A stretch of 64,000 nt of DNA from the human T2T-CHM13v2.0 reference genome, Homo sapiens, in the NCBI RefSeq assembly GCF_009914755.1, contig NC_060947.1. The stretch is one strand, 5' to 3'. The position numbers were made by a program, and so were the translations under genes. Under the pieces are notes generated by a model. That model did no database searches. It was not told where the DNA came from and was given only the letters and a program-made list of their open reading frames with translations. Of the stretch, positions 14,500-28,914 are shown piece by piece. Positions within the stretch are counted from its first letter, which is position 1. Each line of letters starts with the position of its first letter.

Positions 14500-14757
14500 T
14501 TACAGCATCTACCCCTCAGCACCTGCCTGTCTGATACACTTCAGTATAGCAACCCATCTTGCCTTACCTTGTTTTATATTTTTCTTCTTCAGAGCATTTG
14601 TCGCTGTGTGGTTGTAGATTTCCCTCACAAGACTAAGTCCAATTCATGAGGTTCTTTGTTTTGTCCCTTTGCTATGCCCCCTTTACAATCATAGTGACTT
14701 GTACACAGTGGGCACTCAAGAAATAATTGTTGAATAAAAGAGCAAATGAATGAATAA
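14500..14757 (+). mobile_element. L2 3' end
   Basis: acacagtgggcactcaagaaataattgttgaata..atgaatgaat terminal L2 motif. Confidence 0.65.
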
Positions 14758-14881
14758 TGACTGTTGAACATTGGACTCAATTTACACAAGTATTAGTGGA
14801 ATAATTTAACCAAGAATATTCTGTCATTTCTGAACGTGCACTTTCAAGTTTCTAGGGAAAAAGAAATTCATCTATTTGCCC

Positions 14882-15040
14882 ATGTATCTATCAATTATCT
14901 ATCTACGTACCTACCTATGTATCTACCTATCTACCTACCTGTCTATGAATCATCTATCATGTATCTACCTATTTATCTTTCATATCTATATCCATATTTG
15001 TATCTATACCTACTTCTACCTATATATCTTATTTATATCC
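14882..15040. repeat. Degenerate (TATC/TACC)n simple repeat
   Basis: atctatc/acctac units visible directly. Confidence 0.85.
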
Positions 15041-15777
15041 ACATATGATATGTAAAACAGAATGAATGCAGAGCAATTTATGGGCAATGTCCTTCAAAGA
15101 GTACCATTTTAAATTACTTAGGTACTTCATATTTACCTGTAAAATACTTAATTCTGTATGGCCTTGCCTGTTGTTTGGGTTATGAAATAGGTTGAAACAC
15201 AGCCTTGAGAGATACATAGAGTCCAATCCAAGGTCATTTATTTGGTTCTAAGAGTGGTAGTTTCTCTAACAGAAACTATCTGCAAAGATTTGAGAATAAA
15301 ATTAAACAGTAAATCCATGAGTCAGATTATCCTAGTGAATCAACCAGAAAGGGGAGCCGTAAATTCAAGTCAGAGTTGGGAGATTTGCTAATTTGTAACT
15401 CGGATAAAGTAATTTGCAGACTGTGTGATCCCAAGATGTGGAGAATATGTACTTGGTCTTTAATTCCAGGAAGGATTAAAAAGAGAATAATTGCTTTGTA
15501 TATCTGTACACCAGGTCTCAGATAAAACACCTGCTTGCCGAGAAGCTACACTGACTTGCTTAGGAAGATCAGTCCATTGTTTGAGTAAGCATGATTCCTT
15601 TTACAGTGGGTGTCCCTTACCCAGCAAAGCTGAATATCAAGAATATAGATGATGAATTATAAGAACCCATGGTACTCAGATTGATTGTGTTAATTTTGCT
15701 AATCAAGCAATGTTTAAGAGAATGATGCATGATTAAAAGCTTAGCACATTGGCTCTGTCATTCCAATGTAAAATATA

Positions 15778-15984
15778 TTAGGTTGCTGCAAAAGTAATTG
15801 CAGTTTTTGCCATTACTTAATGTTGCATTAGGTTGTATTAGTTGTATTAGGTTGATGCAAAAGTAATTGCAGTTTTTGCGATTACTTCTAATGTTGTATT
15901 AGGTTGTATTAATTGTATTAGGTTGGTGCAAAAGTCATTGTGGTTTTTGTCATTAATGGCAAAATGACTTTTGCACCAACCTAA
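15778..15984. mobile_element. Made1 (Hsmar1 MITE) array: two half copies plus one closed copy
   Basis: ttaggttg(c/a/g)tgcaaaagt(a/c)attg at 15778, 15847 and 15918; right TIR ttttgcaccaacctaa ending at 15984. Confidence 0.92.
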
Positions 15985-16909
15985 TACAACTGGGTAATGG
16001 ATTTAACATGAAAGATATAAAAGTATTTTACCAAGTTCATTAAAAAAATTGTAATGAGGGCAAACCTGACACTTCATAGGTTTATAAATTCTATTTAATT
16101 TATTAAGACGTTTAACTTTTAAGAGTTTTTTGTTCGTAAGGATATCAGTAATTTGAATGATTCAAATATTAATTTTGTAAATGTTGAAAATATTTTGGAG
16201 GTTTTTGTTTTTTTTTTTTGGTTCAGAGAAAGCTGGCCCCTGAGTCCTCAGATTCACATCAACAATCCCCATCCAGACCCTTTTTCTTTTGAAGGTTATC
16301 CGAGGTCACCATCTGCATCTTGCCAAAGCCAGGACAGGAAGATGCATTCTTGCCTGGTTCTTTCTTCCCCTTCAGCCTTTCCCAACACACACCCATTAAT
16401 TATCCTTCATTGTCCCACAGTAATTTCTCAGGGATCTAGTCCCATCTCTTTATTCCTTTACTCGTTCCCTGGGATATAATTACAGCCTGATAACCAGGCT
16501 ATGACTACGGACTTATCCTCTTCCCATTCATTCAGAAGCAGAGACAGGCAAGGCTTTCTGAAATACAGGTTAGACAGATCATAAGATCCCCAGTTTAAGA
16601 GCCCTCAGCAGCTTCCCATGAGAACCCCAAAGACATCCAAATCTCCAAATGCCAGCCTGGCCCTTCTGCAGTGGAAGCCTGGGTGTGCAACATTTGCTGT
16701 CTTTCCTATTCCAGTAAACTGTATGCCTTTTATGGGCAGGGGAGGGAAAATGTCTTGTTCACTTTTATACCATCTGTTCTTTGCACAGTGCCTGGCCCAT
16801 GAAATGGGCTCAGGAAAAGTTGAATAAATTAATGAACTACTAACTAATTATTTGCCTAGCTGATAGATTTCCAACTTTGATCTTCCAGTTGTTTGTTTAT
16901 TCAAATAGG

Positions 16910-17126
16910 CCAGTAGTTTTCAGCTGGAGGCGATTTTGCACCCCCCCTAGAGATATTTGGCAATATCTGGAAACGTTTTGGGCTGTCATGTCTGGGAGGA
17001 GGCACGCTACTGTCATCTTCTGTGTAGAGGCCAAGGATGCTGCTAAACATTTTGCAATGCACAGGACACTCCCAACAAAGAATTATTTGGTGCAAAATAC
17101 CAGTACTACCAATGGGGGGAACCCTG
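16910..17126 (+). mobile_element. MER20 hAT MITE
   Basis: ggcgattttgcacccc..atttggcaatatctggaaac..gtagaggccaaggatgctgctaaacat..aaccctg. Confidence 0.9.
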
Positions 17127-17830
17127 ATACAGACTAAATTGTAAATTAAAAACGTATTTAGTATTTAGCAGATTATGTTCAATGTTTATTTCCAACAAAA
17201 TATTTTATTGTGAGTTGCCCAAGCCTGCTCCATATTTTATAAAATGATTGTTTAGTAGGACTTTCTTTGTGTAATGCATTTTTATGTCTGGTGGTGAATG
17301 TAGATAATATAAGCTTTATATCAATGTTCCAATTAGCTCGCCTTTAAACACTGAAATACAACTTGTATTCTCCATTTATTCTCTAGATTTATAAGCAAAA
17401 TAGATTTCATTTCTTTTTCATTTGTGTTGTACATTAAAATTAAACCTGTGCAGAAATATTGTCATCCTCATAGTTTTTCTCTTTGATGAACATATGTATT
17501 TGAGGATTGTGAGTTAGCTTACAAAGGTTGAGGGGAGTTCAGCAATAACACCACTAAAATAAGCAAAAAACAACAACAACCAAAAAAACATGGTCGCTAT
17601 CACCTTGGAATGTAGTGTTCAGTATAAATCCCTAAACCAACAGGTTAATTTGAAGTAATTGTTTTGCTTTCAGAAATGGAGTTCAGCAGCTTCGATCTAT
17701 TTATCTGGTGCAAGTGATTGAGAATGAATGGGCTTGGAGAATGAACAGGTTCACACGTACCAGGGGATGGATGGAGAATCAGTTATTATTCAAACAGCAT
17801 GTAGGTGACTTATCCCAGTTGATCCAAGAT

Positions 17831-17833
17831 GTA

Positions 17834-17878
<45 letters not shown>
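17831..17878. repeat. Compound (TG)n(TA)n microsatellite
   Basis: Direct reading. Confidence 0.95.
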
Positions 17879-17879
<1 letters not shown>

Positions 17880-18397
17880 AACCAGGAACATCTAACCAGT
17901 AGTTCTCCTGGAAACAGAGGCATGCCTTACAAGGGTCACCCATTCAAATAAATGGGCTAGAGTGTTTGATTTGGGATTTCTTTTCTATGAGAGCTAAACA
18001 AAACGCAACTACTTTGTGATTTGTAAATTCCAAGTACAGATTTAGGCAGAACCCAGTTCTTGCTTAGAGCAGTCACTGTCAGGAGTATTAAAGTACTACT
18101 TGTGAGTAGAGGACTTAGTCCATGATTTAATTATTTAGGCCTCCATTGGTATAAATTGATGCTTCTGGACTTTTCATGGTTTCTTCTCTTTGACTACTAA
18201 ACCTCTGTTAAATCCGTAGAATAATTTCAGCCATTAGCCAGTCTTATAGCTAATATCGTTACCCAAGACATGAGTAATTAACAAGTTGAAACATTTCCAT
18301 GGCATTGACTCATAAGTGATGAGAATACCACTGGTTAGCTCAGTGCATTGCTTTATATGCGGCAAAGTGGAATTCTGTAGATAGAGGCATATATAGG

Positions 18398-18759
18398 TGA
18401 TAAGGTTTGGCTGTGTCCCCACCCAAATCTCATCCTGAATTGTAGCTCCCATAATTCCCACATGTTGTAGGAGGCACCCAGTGGAGGTAATTGAATCATG
18501 GGGGTGGGTCTTTCCTGTGCTGTTCTCATGATAGTGAATAAGTCTCATGAGATCTAATGGTTATATAAAGGGGAGTTCCCTTACACAAGCTCTCTTTCCT
18601 GTGGCCATGTAGGATGTGACTTTGTTCCTCCTTTGCCTTCTAGCATGCTTATGAGGCCTCCCCAGCCTGTGGAACTGTGAGTCAATTAAACGTCTTTCTT
18701 TTATAAATTACCCAGTATTGGGTATGTCTTTATTAGCAGCGTGAGAACAGACTAATACA
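18398..18759 (+). mobile_element. THE1B solo LTR
   Basis: tgataaggtttggctgtgtccccacccaaatctcatc...cagactaataca; 5-bp TSD atagg. Confidence 0.93.
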
Positions 18760-20967
18760 ATAGGTATGCAGATACATATTTATCGAGGAGGTGGCTTTAC
18801 ATTTCCTTTCTGTTGCTGATTTTTGTGAACTAGCCTAAACTTGACTAATGTTTTCCCTGTGTTATATACCCATATATATAAATACACACAAACACACACA
18901 CACACACACATACACACACACAACAGTGTTAACCTGACCTACCAACAAAGTAAGGCAGTCTACTGTTCAGGTTGTGGTTTTGCTGTCACTGTTCTTCTAG
19001 ATATATTATACTTAAAAAAAAATAAAAGTTTCGGCTGAGCGCCATCACTCCTGTGTTCATTAGTTTTAGAGAAACGATAGATGATCTTCATTGGATCATG
19101 TAGGTTAATGTGCGGTGACTGTGGGTGGTAGGGTAATTACAACTCATGAACGCTGCACCGTTTGGGAATTCGTTAGACAAAACTATGTGGATGAGATCTT
19201 TTCATGCCTAATTCCTACAGCTATTTTGGAATTTATCTAAGGAAATTGTCTTCCAACTTTAGGAAAAGGTCAGAAAGAATTAAGCCTCTGGAAGTCTCAG
19301 GGTGTGGTTTATCCCTGCCTTTTAGAAGTGAGATAAATCCCACTACTTCTCAGATGGAGTGAGAGCCAAAGTAAAGCAAACCAGAAAACGTGGAACCAGA
19401 TTATCTGAAAGGAGCCGGGTGCATACCAACTTTTTTTTTTTTTTTTTTTTGACATCACCGTATATTTTTAGTTGCTTGTGAGTATCAAAGAGAGTTTTGG
19501 GAGAAAATCAACTGCTGAGGGTTAAGGACTGAATCCAGATTGAAGACTTTATCTAATCATCAGCACCTTGGATTACCAAATTTGTGTGCATCCTTTGGAG
19601 TTGAAAGTACCATGAATAAAGGCAAGAAAAAAGAGGGCAGTCAAATAAATAGAAATTGGAGATCATGTAGCCAAAGCTCCTCAAACCTATGTACATTTGG
19701 ACTTTGAATTGTCAATGGGCACACCAAGATTTTTGAAGCTTTGACTGTCTATAAGGCTTGGTGGCCTCACCAGCATGCCTAGTTGCACTGCATGTTATTG
19801 ATATACAGCAGCTGGGGCCATTCTCCTAAGCATGATACAGAAGCATACATTTGTGTGAAGTGGTTTTTTAAGCAAAGCCCACACGTGGGACATCTCTCCT
19901 TGTGGCTTTAAGCACTGATTTCCCTGCCACAGTCTTAGTCACAGGGCACGTCAGTGCTCATGTTGCTCATCTCCATCTTTATGTGTATTAAGATCATGTA
20001 GACATCTTCAAATGTAGACTCTGATTCCAGCAGTCTGCTACATTTCTTGGCAACTCTCAAATGTGCTGATGGTAGTAATTTTGTAACCAAAATGGGGTAG
20101 CCAGGCTCTACCCAGCCTGCATAGGGCTTTTGATTTAACCTAGGTTTAGCTGTTCATCTGCTATATTTCCTCTTTGCCTACATTCTAAAAGATCTCAGAT
20201 GAGAATTTCTCCTACGCTCGTCAAGACTGTCGTTTAGGTTTTGCCATCAGTATTTAGGTTTCCCACACCACCCACAGTCACCCCACATTGGCCTACATCG
20301 TCCAACGAAGATCATGTGTACACCCTACACATTTGCTAATAATTCATTTACAAAATGTTTTGTTATATAAAAACTGGGAGAAACTAAATTTACTTATAGA
20401 GACCATCTGGTAATGCAGTAGTTTTGTAATTCTATTTCTCATAGCATGCTCAAATTAAGGATTCATTTTAGAGCGTTTCTTGCTATCACACTGCCACATC
20501 TCACTGCTAAAGGTAGGGCTACCGATTTCTGGAATTTTACTGCTATGTTTTTATTTATGTTGGACAGCGGAAGCAGATTTCCAAAGAGGTTATGATAACA
20601 GATAAATTGGCCACCAGGATGCTCCCATGAATGCCTGGCACCTCACGATGCAAAGAAGCAGTGCATTTCTTTCTTTTGTTGTCTGTTTCCCTCTCCTTTT
20701 TTACATCACATGATTAACAATCAATTACTATGCATCTAGTGCCTGCCAGTGACTATGATTGATATAAAGACAAAAAGACATAGTAATATCTTCCATGCCC
20801 TCAAAAAACTCACTGTTTATGAGAAATTAAGACACATATAAACAAAAGCACAAAAGTGATACATCTTGGTGAGGATTAGGATAGATATAATATTAGCTGA
20901 CAGATACAAAAGAGAAAAAGGGAGGAAAAAAAAGGGAGAGAAAGAGAAAGACAGGGCACTGATTCTG

Positions 20968-21157
20968 TTCCAGGCACTGTGTGTCATTCTTTACGTGCTG
21001 AATGTTTTTATCCTTAAAACAGCCCTACACAATAGGTCTGATTGCTTTCAGTTTTTATCACGTTTCATAAAAGAGAGAACTTGCTTTTATACTCACACAG
21101 CAAAACAACAGAAATGCCGGAATTCAAATCCAGGCCTGTCTGATTTACAAGTCATGT
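20968..21157 (-). mobile_element. MIR (degraded)
   Basis: caggcactgtg..atccttaaaacagccct..tcacacagc..ggaattcaaatccaggcctgtctga. Confidence 0.65.
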
Positions 21158-21997
21158 TTTTAATTGCTCAGGAACCTTACCTCCTATCATAAAAATCAGA
21201 ACTCAAGGCAGGATGCCTGAATCTGCTTGGAGATGTCACAAAGGTTGGGTGAGGGTACAGAGATCACACTAGGAGGAAAACTGGTTAAGCTAACAGGACT
21301 CCACTTGGACAGGAAGGGATTGTTGAAAAGCATTTCACCTTCAGAGAGGAGCCTGCAGTTTGCTGTGGTGCGGCGTTCATTGATTCTACAGTATGATGTG
21401 ATGTAGGGTGGACAGATCCAGGTATGCTTACAGGTCTACACCAGAACATTCCTTAAATCCTTTGCTGAGGAGCATGAACTTAGTCCCTCAGGAGGACACC
21501 TTAGGAGGTTTCACAATGAGAGATGCCATTGAAAGTTGAGTGTGGGAGTACAGTGAAAGGTTGAAGCTGCACAGACACGATGCAGTTAAGCAGTGACCGC
21601 CACAGCCAGGCAAGTGCCGGGGAGGACTTGTACAAGGAGGGCTCTGGGTCAGATACAGCAATGCATGGAGAGACATGAAAGCCTATATATTTGTGACAGT
21701 GATATCAGATTACAGTAGACTTAGGAGTTAATGAGGGTCAATGGATTGTTGTGGTCAATACATGAATGAGCAAAGTGAATTAGTAAATCCTTAATTTTTT
21801 TCCTGTTCTAAAATTGTAAATATATATTTAGAAACCCTAAACTAACTTGTAAAATGTGGGAAAAGAAGAGTTGATGAAGTTGTTTACTTTTATCTGCATT
21901 TAGCTAAAAAGCATTAGGAATAAACAACATGTATTTTTGGAGAAAATATCTACAGAAATTAAAATGCAGAATTTTATGAAATTGTTGGAAACATTAA

Positions 21998-22234
<237 letters not shown>

Positions 22235-22801
22235 TAATCTAGACATTATTATCAGGTAGATATCTCATTGATACACAGTGTTGAACATTTTTAGTAGTAA
22301 AATAAATAATTTTAAAAGTTGATATATATAGTATTACTGTATTTTATTGGTTTAGAGATATTTGAATGCTGCTGTCAGTATATCTGAATAATTGGTGGAT
22401 GGTAGTCAACATTTGATAAGACAGACTATGGTCGGTTGTCATTTCTAACATAAATCTGAGCCCAAAGTCTGTCATATGTAAGTTTTATAGTGCTACAAAG
22501 GAGCAACAACAAATGCTTGAAAGCATTTTTTATAATTTTTGGGGGAAATATATTGACAAGAAATGTAAAATTAAAATAAAAATTTATTTCGTGATCTCAG
22601 TTTTGCTAAGAAAAATGGTATTAGCTTCAAGTTTAGGCTTAAAAGAGTTTCCAAAGTGCTGGAGGGGTTAAGAGGAGGCAGGCCAGTTCTCCAGACAGCC
22701 AAATTATTTTTTCCAAATTAAAAAAGTCACAGTTGGGGGTATTTTTACTCACTATAACATAAAGTCTAGAAGTATTTCTCGTGTATTTGTACTTTAAATT
22801 A

Positions 22802-23160
22802 CAGATGCTCCTTGACTTAAGATGAGGTTATGTCCCAATAAACTCATTATAAGTTGATAATGTCTTAAGCTGAAAGAATATATAATACACTTCACCTACA
22901 GAACATCATAGCTTTGTCTAGCCTTCCTTAAACATGCTCAGAACACTTACAGTAGCCTACGGTTACGGTTGGGCGAAGTCATCTGACACAGTGCCTATTT
23001 TATTAAAGTGTTGAATATTGAAAATCTCATGTAATTTACTGAATACTGAAAGTGAAAAACAGAATGGTCATATGAGTATGCAAAGGGTTTCTACTGATTT
23101 TGTGTCACATTGTAAAGTCAAAAATTCGTAAGTTCAATCATCATAAGTCGGGACCATTTA
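22802..23160 (+). mobile_element. MER47A (TcMar-Tigger MITE)
   Basis: cagatgctccttgactta..agaacatcatagc..aacatgctcagaacacttac..aaagtgaaaaacagaatgg..cataagtcgggacc. Confidence 0.88.
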
Positions 23161-23219
23161 TAATTATTTAGTGCTAAAATATTTATGAGAGAGCCACTCT
23201 GATAAATAACACACAGAGT

Positions 23220-23271
23220 GTCTCTGTGTGCTTTCTCAGCATCTCAATTCTTAGAAACAGGGTTGCTAGAA

Positions 23272-23314
<43 letters not shown>

Positions 23315-24100
23315 CACATTTATATTCATAGATAGCCCAAATTCATTCCCAGGAGTTCTACCAGTTTGAGGTCCAACCAGGACAGTGTGAGAGTGTACCA
23401 GTTAAGTATACGTGTTGCTAAACTTCTAAAGATTTTTGCCAATATGATAGATAAGAAATGGTGTCTAAATGCAGTTCATGTATTTTGCTCATTTCAAAAA
23501 TTCATTTATTTGCAACTTGTTTTCTCTGTTTTCAGTGTTCTTTCCCCTATAGAGTTTTTTTTTAACATGTGAAGAATATTAACCCTTTATCTTTCATGTT
23601 GCAAATAATTTCACTCAGTCTGTTTTTTCTTGACTTTACTTACGGATATTCTTTTACCCTGAAAAATATTTCTTATCAAAAAATGTACTGTCAAGTTTAT
23701 TGACTTTTCATTGCATTTGTATATTGAGTCATACTTAGAAACCATTTCCCCACACCAAGTTTAGAGAAGAATTAATTTCCTTTTTAGTATGATTGTATGC
23801 ATATAGATATGTGTTTATGTATATGTGAATATATGTTTATATATCTGATTCATTTGGGGTTTATTCTCATGTATGGTTTGAAGTATGGATCTAAATTCAT
23901 CATTTTTCCAGATAGCTACCCATTTACACCATTCATTAAAACATCCAACGATTTCAGTTGTCACTTTTATCATATACTAAATTTTCTTATGTGTTTGAAT
24001 CTATTTCTAGATGTTCAATTCTATTTCACTAGTTTTACTGTGTTTTCATGCACCCATAATGCATTAGGTTCTTCATCAATGCTTTACTGTGTATTTAAAA
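23220..24100 (-). mobile_element. Old L1M fragments with (TG)n at 23274-23312
   Basis: tttttgccaatatgatagataagaaatggtgtct; catgttgcaaataattt; gtatggtttgaagtatggatctaaattcat; degraded antisense L1. Confidence 0.65.
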
Positions 24101-24111
24101 TCTAAAACAGC

Positions 24112-24490
24112 TTGACCCCTACCTGAGTTACCCAAACTCTGAGGTTAAGGGCACAGACCTTGAGAATGCCAAGTCTTCCCAATATTTCTGACACCAGCTG
24201 CGAGTGTGAGGGTTTCCTGAAATCATCCTCAGGTTTGATGTTTGCTAGAAAAAGTCACAGAATTCTCTGAGACCTTTTATAATCATGGTTACATGTAGCA
24301 TGTTAAGGATACAAATTAGAGCCAGCCAAAGGAAGAGACATGTGGGGCAAAGTCTGAGGTATGCAAACAGAGATCCTGGTAATCCTTTCCCTGTGGAATC
24401 ATCCACCTTGTTATCTCCTCTTGGCCACAATGTGTGACAACACATATAGAATACTGCCATCCAGGGAAGCCCACAGGAACTTCGCAGTCC

Positions 24491-24558
<68 letters not shown>

Positions 24559-24993
24559 TTTTTTTTGAGACAGGGTCTTATCTGTCACCCAAACTTCAGG
24601 GCAGTGGTGCAATCACAGCTCACCGCCATCTCGACCTCCCAGGCTCCATCAGTCCTTCAACCTCAGCCTCCTGAGTAGCTGGGATTACAGGTGCTTGCCA
24701 CCACTCAGCTAATTTTTGCTTTTTTGTTGAGATTGGGTTTTGCCATGATGTACAGGCTAGTATCAAGTTCCTGGATGTCCAAAGTTTGTACTGGAGCTTA
24801 TTGATTAATTGGCCAACTGGTTGAACTCAGTTTCCCCTTCTCCTCACCTTAGAGATCAGGCCGATTACACATGATATGAAGGGTCCACTATTAAAAACAA
24901 AGACACTCTTATCACTTGAGAAATTCCAAGTGTTTAGAGTTTATGTCCCAGGAGCCAGAACTGTCTGAGGATGAGGTTGATTTCTTCCTTCAC
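24112..24993. mobile_element. MER21-family LTR interrupted by (TG)n and a partial AluJ
   Basis: gttaagggcacagacc..ctgacaccagctgc..ggatacaaattagagccagccaaaggaagagacat; aaaaacaaagacactcttatcac..aaattccaag. Confidence 0.75.
24493..24775 (-). mobile_element. Partial AluJ with (TG)n tail (24493-24550)
   Basis: gagacagggtctt..caatcacagctcaccgc..cctcagcctcctgagtagctgggattacagg; truncated within left monomer. Confidence 0.85.
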
Positions 24994-25108
24994 AGCCCCT
25001 TCTAGCTGTCCACACACTTTCTGCCAGGGGTTTTTATTGCTCTTCTTGAACATTGATTACTCCATATGAACTTCAGTCAGCTAAACTAACTCCCTAAAAT
25101 ATTCTGTT

Positions 25109-25404
25109 AGCCGGCTGCAGCGGCTCACACCTGCAATCCTGGCACTTTGGGAGGCCAAGGTGGGCAGAGTCAGGAGTTCGAGACCAGCCTGGCCAATATG
25201 GTAAAACCCCGTCTCTACTAAAAATACAAAAATTAGCCAGGCATGGTGGCATGTGCCTATAGTTCCAGCTACTCAGGAGGCTGAAGCCAAAGAATTGCTT
25301 GAACCCAGGAGGCAGAGGTTGCAGTGAGCCGAGAGATCATGCCACTGCACTCCAGTCTGGGCGACAGAGCAAGACTCCGTCTCAAAAAAAAAAAAAAAAA
25401 AAAA
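25109..25404 (+). mobile_element. AluS
   Basis: ggctcacacctgcaatcc..gtcaggagttcgagaccagcctggcc..gagcaagactccgtctc + poly(A). Confidence 0.95.
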
Positions 25405-26180
<776 letters not shown>

Positions 26181-27495
26181 AATTATTTTATTATTCACTG
26201 GCATACTTTTTAGTTGGCATCTAAATTATTTCATACGCCTATAGATGTATTCAATTATACCTTCATATGATAGTAACTTGAAACTGTTATCCATGTAGAT
26301 GACCAAAGTCTCCTTTAGCATTTGGCCATTTGACATTATTATTCTTTCCTTCTTGAATTAATATTTCCTTTTACTTTTGTCGAAGAATGTTCATTTTAAT
26401 ATAATAAATATTTTGAAAATGTTTTTATGATATCAATATCCCTCTGAAATCATATATGGATATAAACCGAAAATTAAATTTTTTCTAATTCCTAAAACAA
26501 CATGTTCTTATATGTTAACGTTTTCCTGTGACTTATTTAGAATTATATATTTTTAAATTATACTTAGTAAAAACATAACTATATACATAATAAATATGTC
26601 CTGAGACATACATTTTTATGGTGGAAAATTGGGGACAGGAAAATAACAGGAAACTGCATAGGCCTCTAAATACCCAATATTCTCATGGTCCAATCATCTA
26701 TTGTTTTACTAATCAATTGGGGACCAATCTATTGTGTGCCTCCTGGAATCAATGCTACTATGTCAGCCAGTCACTTGATCCAGAAATTCCAGCACTGTTA
26801 ATTAATCTGCAGTAGATAAGTACCATCTGGTAATTGCAACTCACAGGAGTTGAAGTCATAGATGCTTTTACCGAAGTCTAGTTCACTCATGCTTGCCTGG
26901 GACAAATGAGCTTACCTCATTTAAGCTCTGAATAACATGCTCCTACCACACCCAATTCGTATACTTGATTTTTAAAATTCTGACTGCATTATAGTGCAAT
27001 TTTACTCATTCCCAGGAATAAATACATATATAATGAAATATGTTCTTTATATAGAAAAATATAGATTGTTGGAATGGATTTTGAAGTTTCACATATGTGT
27101 TTTATTTTTCTGTGTTTGCTTATATATGCGTGTAATATACACCTAAAAGGTTACAATATACACCTAATATAATTTAATATACAACTGAAATTATGGATCT
27201 ATTAATATAAAAAGAAAGAACATTAGAGGAGAAATAATTGAAGGTAAAATTAACTTTGAAATTACTCTTAATTGATTCAATAGATAACTGTTCAAAATAA
27301 TAATATCAACAGTATATTAGATTATCATAGCTTATGGGTAAGTGAAACAAATGATAGCAATATTATAAAGGAAGGGAGGAAGGAATTGCAAATCCTCTTC
27401 TGAACTACCCATGAAATGGGATAATATGATTTTCAGGTATATTTAGATTAGTGTAACTCTGGTATAAATTCATGGTCAACCACTGCAGTTGTTTA

Positions 27496-27826
<331 letters not shown>

Positions 27827-28527
27827 TTGATATGTTCAGAGAGGAGAGAAAAATGGACATATATAAAATGCTCAGTTTAAACCAGAGAAGAGAGAAAATG
27901 AGGGAGGATTAGAAACAACAACAAAAAACAAGTACTACAGATGCAAAACAGTTACGAACTTGGTAGATTTTAATCTCACTATATCCTTAGTTGTTTTAAA
28001 TGCAAATGGTCTAGATACAGCAATTAAATTCAGACACTGTCAGAATGGGTTTTAAAAAAAGAAGATCCAACCATATGGTGTCTACAAAACCCATTTTAAA
28101 TATAGAGACAGATTGAAAATAAAGGGACAGAGAATGATATGCTAATACTAATCAAAAGAAAGCAGGAGTAGCTAGCTATACATTAATTACAGACAGAACA
28201 GATTTCAGAGAAAGAAAAATTATCAGTGATGAAGAAGAATGTTACATTAAGATAAAGTGGCCAATTCGTCAAGGAGGCATAACATGTTTAATGTATGTGG
28301 ACCTGACTCACAATACATGAGACAAAATCTGAAAGCTGAAAAATATCAAAATATTTGCAGATTAAACACCACACTGGTAAATAACACATGGCTCAAAAAA
28401 GAAGTCTGAAGAGAAATTTAAAAATACTTTTAAGTATACGAAAGTGAAAGTAAAACATCAAAATTTTTGATATATAGCAAAAGCACTATTTATAGGGAAA
28501 AATCATAGCATTGAAATACATATATTA

Positions 28528-28914
<387 letters not shown>

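Noticed and set aside
7468-18759. THE1 LTRs as paired ends of a full-length provirus
   Set aside because: Each LTR has its own distinct TSD (ctagg, gaagg, atagg) and no THE1-internal sequence lies between them; they are independent solo LTRs
23209-23230. Small hairpin cacacagag-tgt-ctctgtgtg
   Set aside because: Short, low-complexity stem; expected by chance
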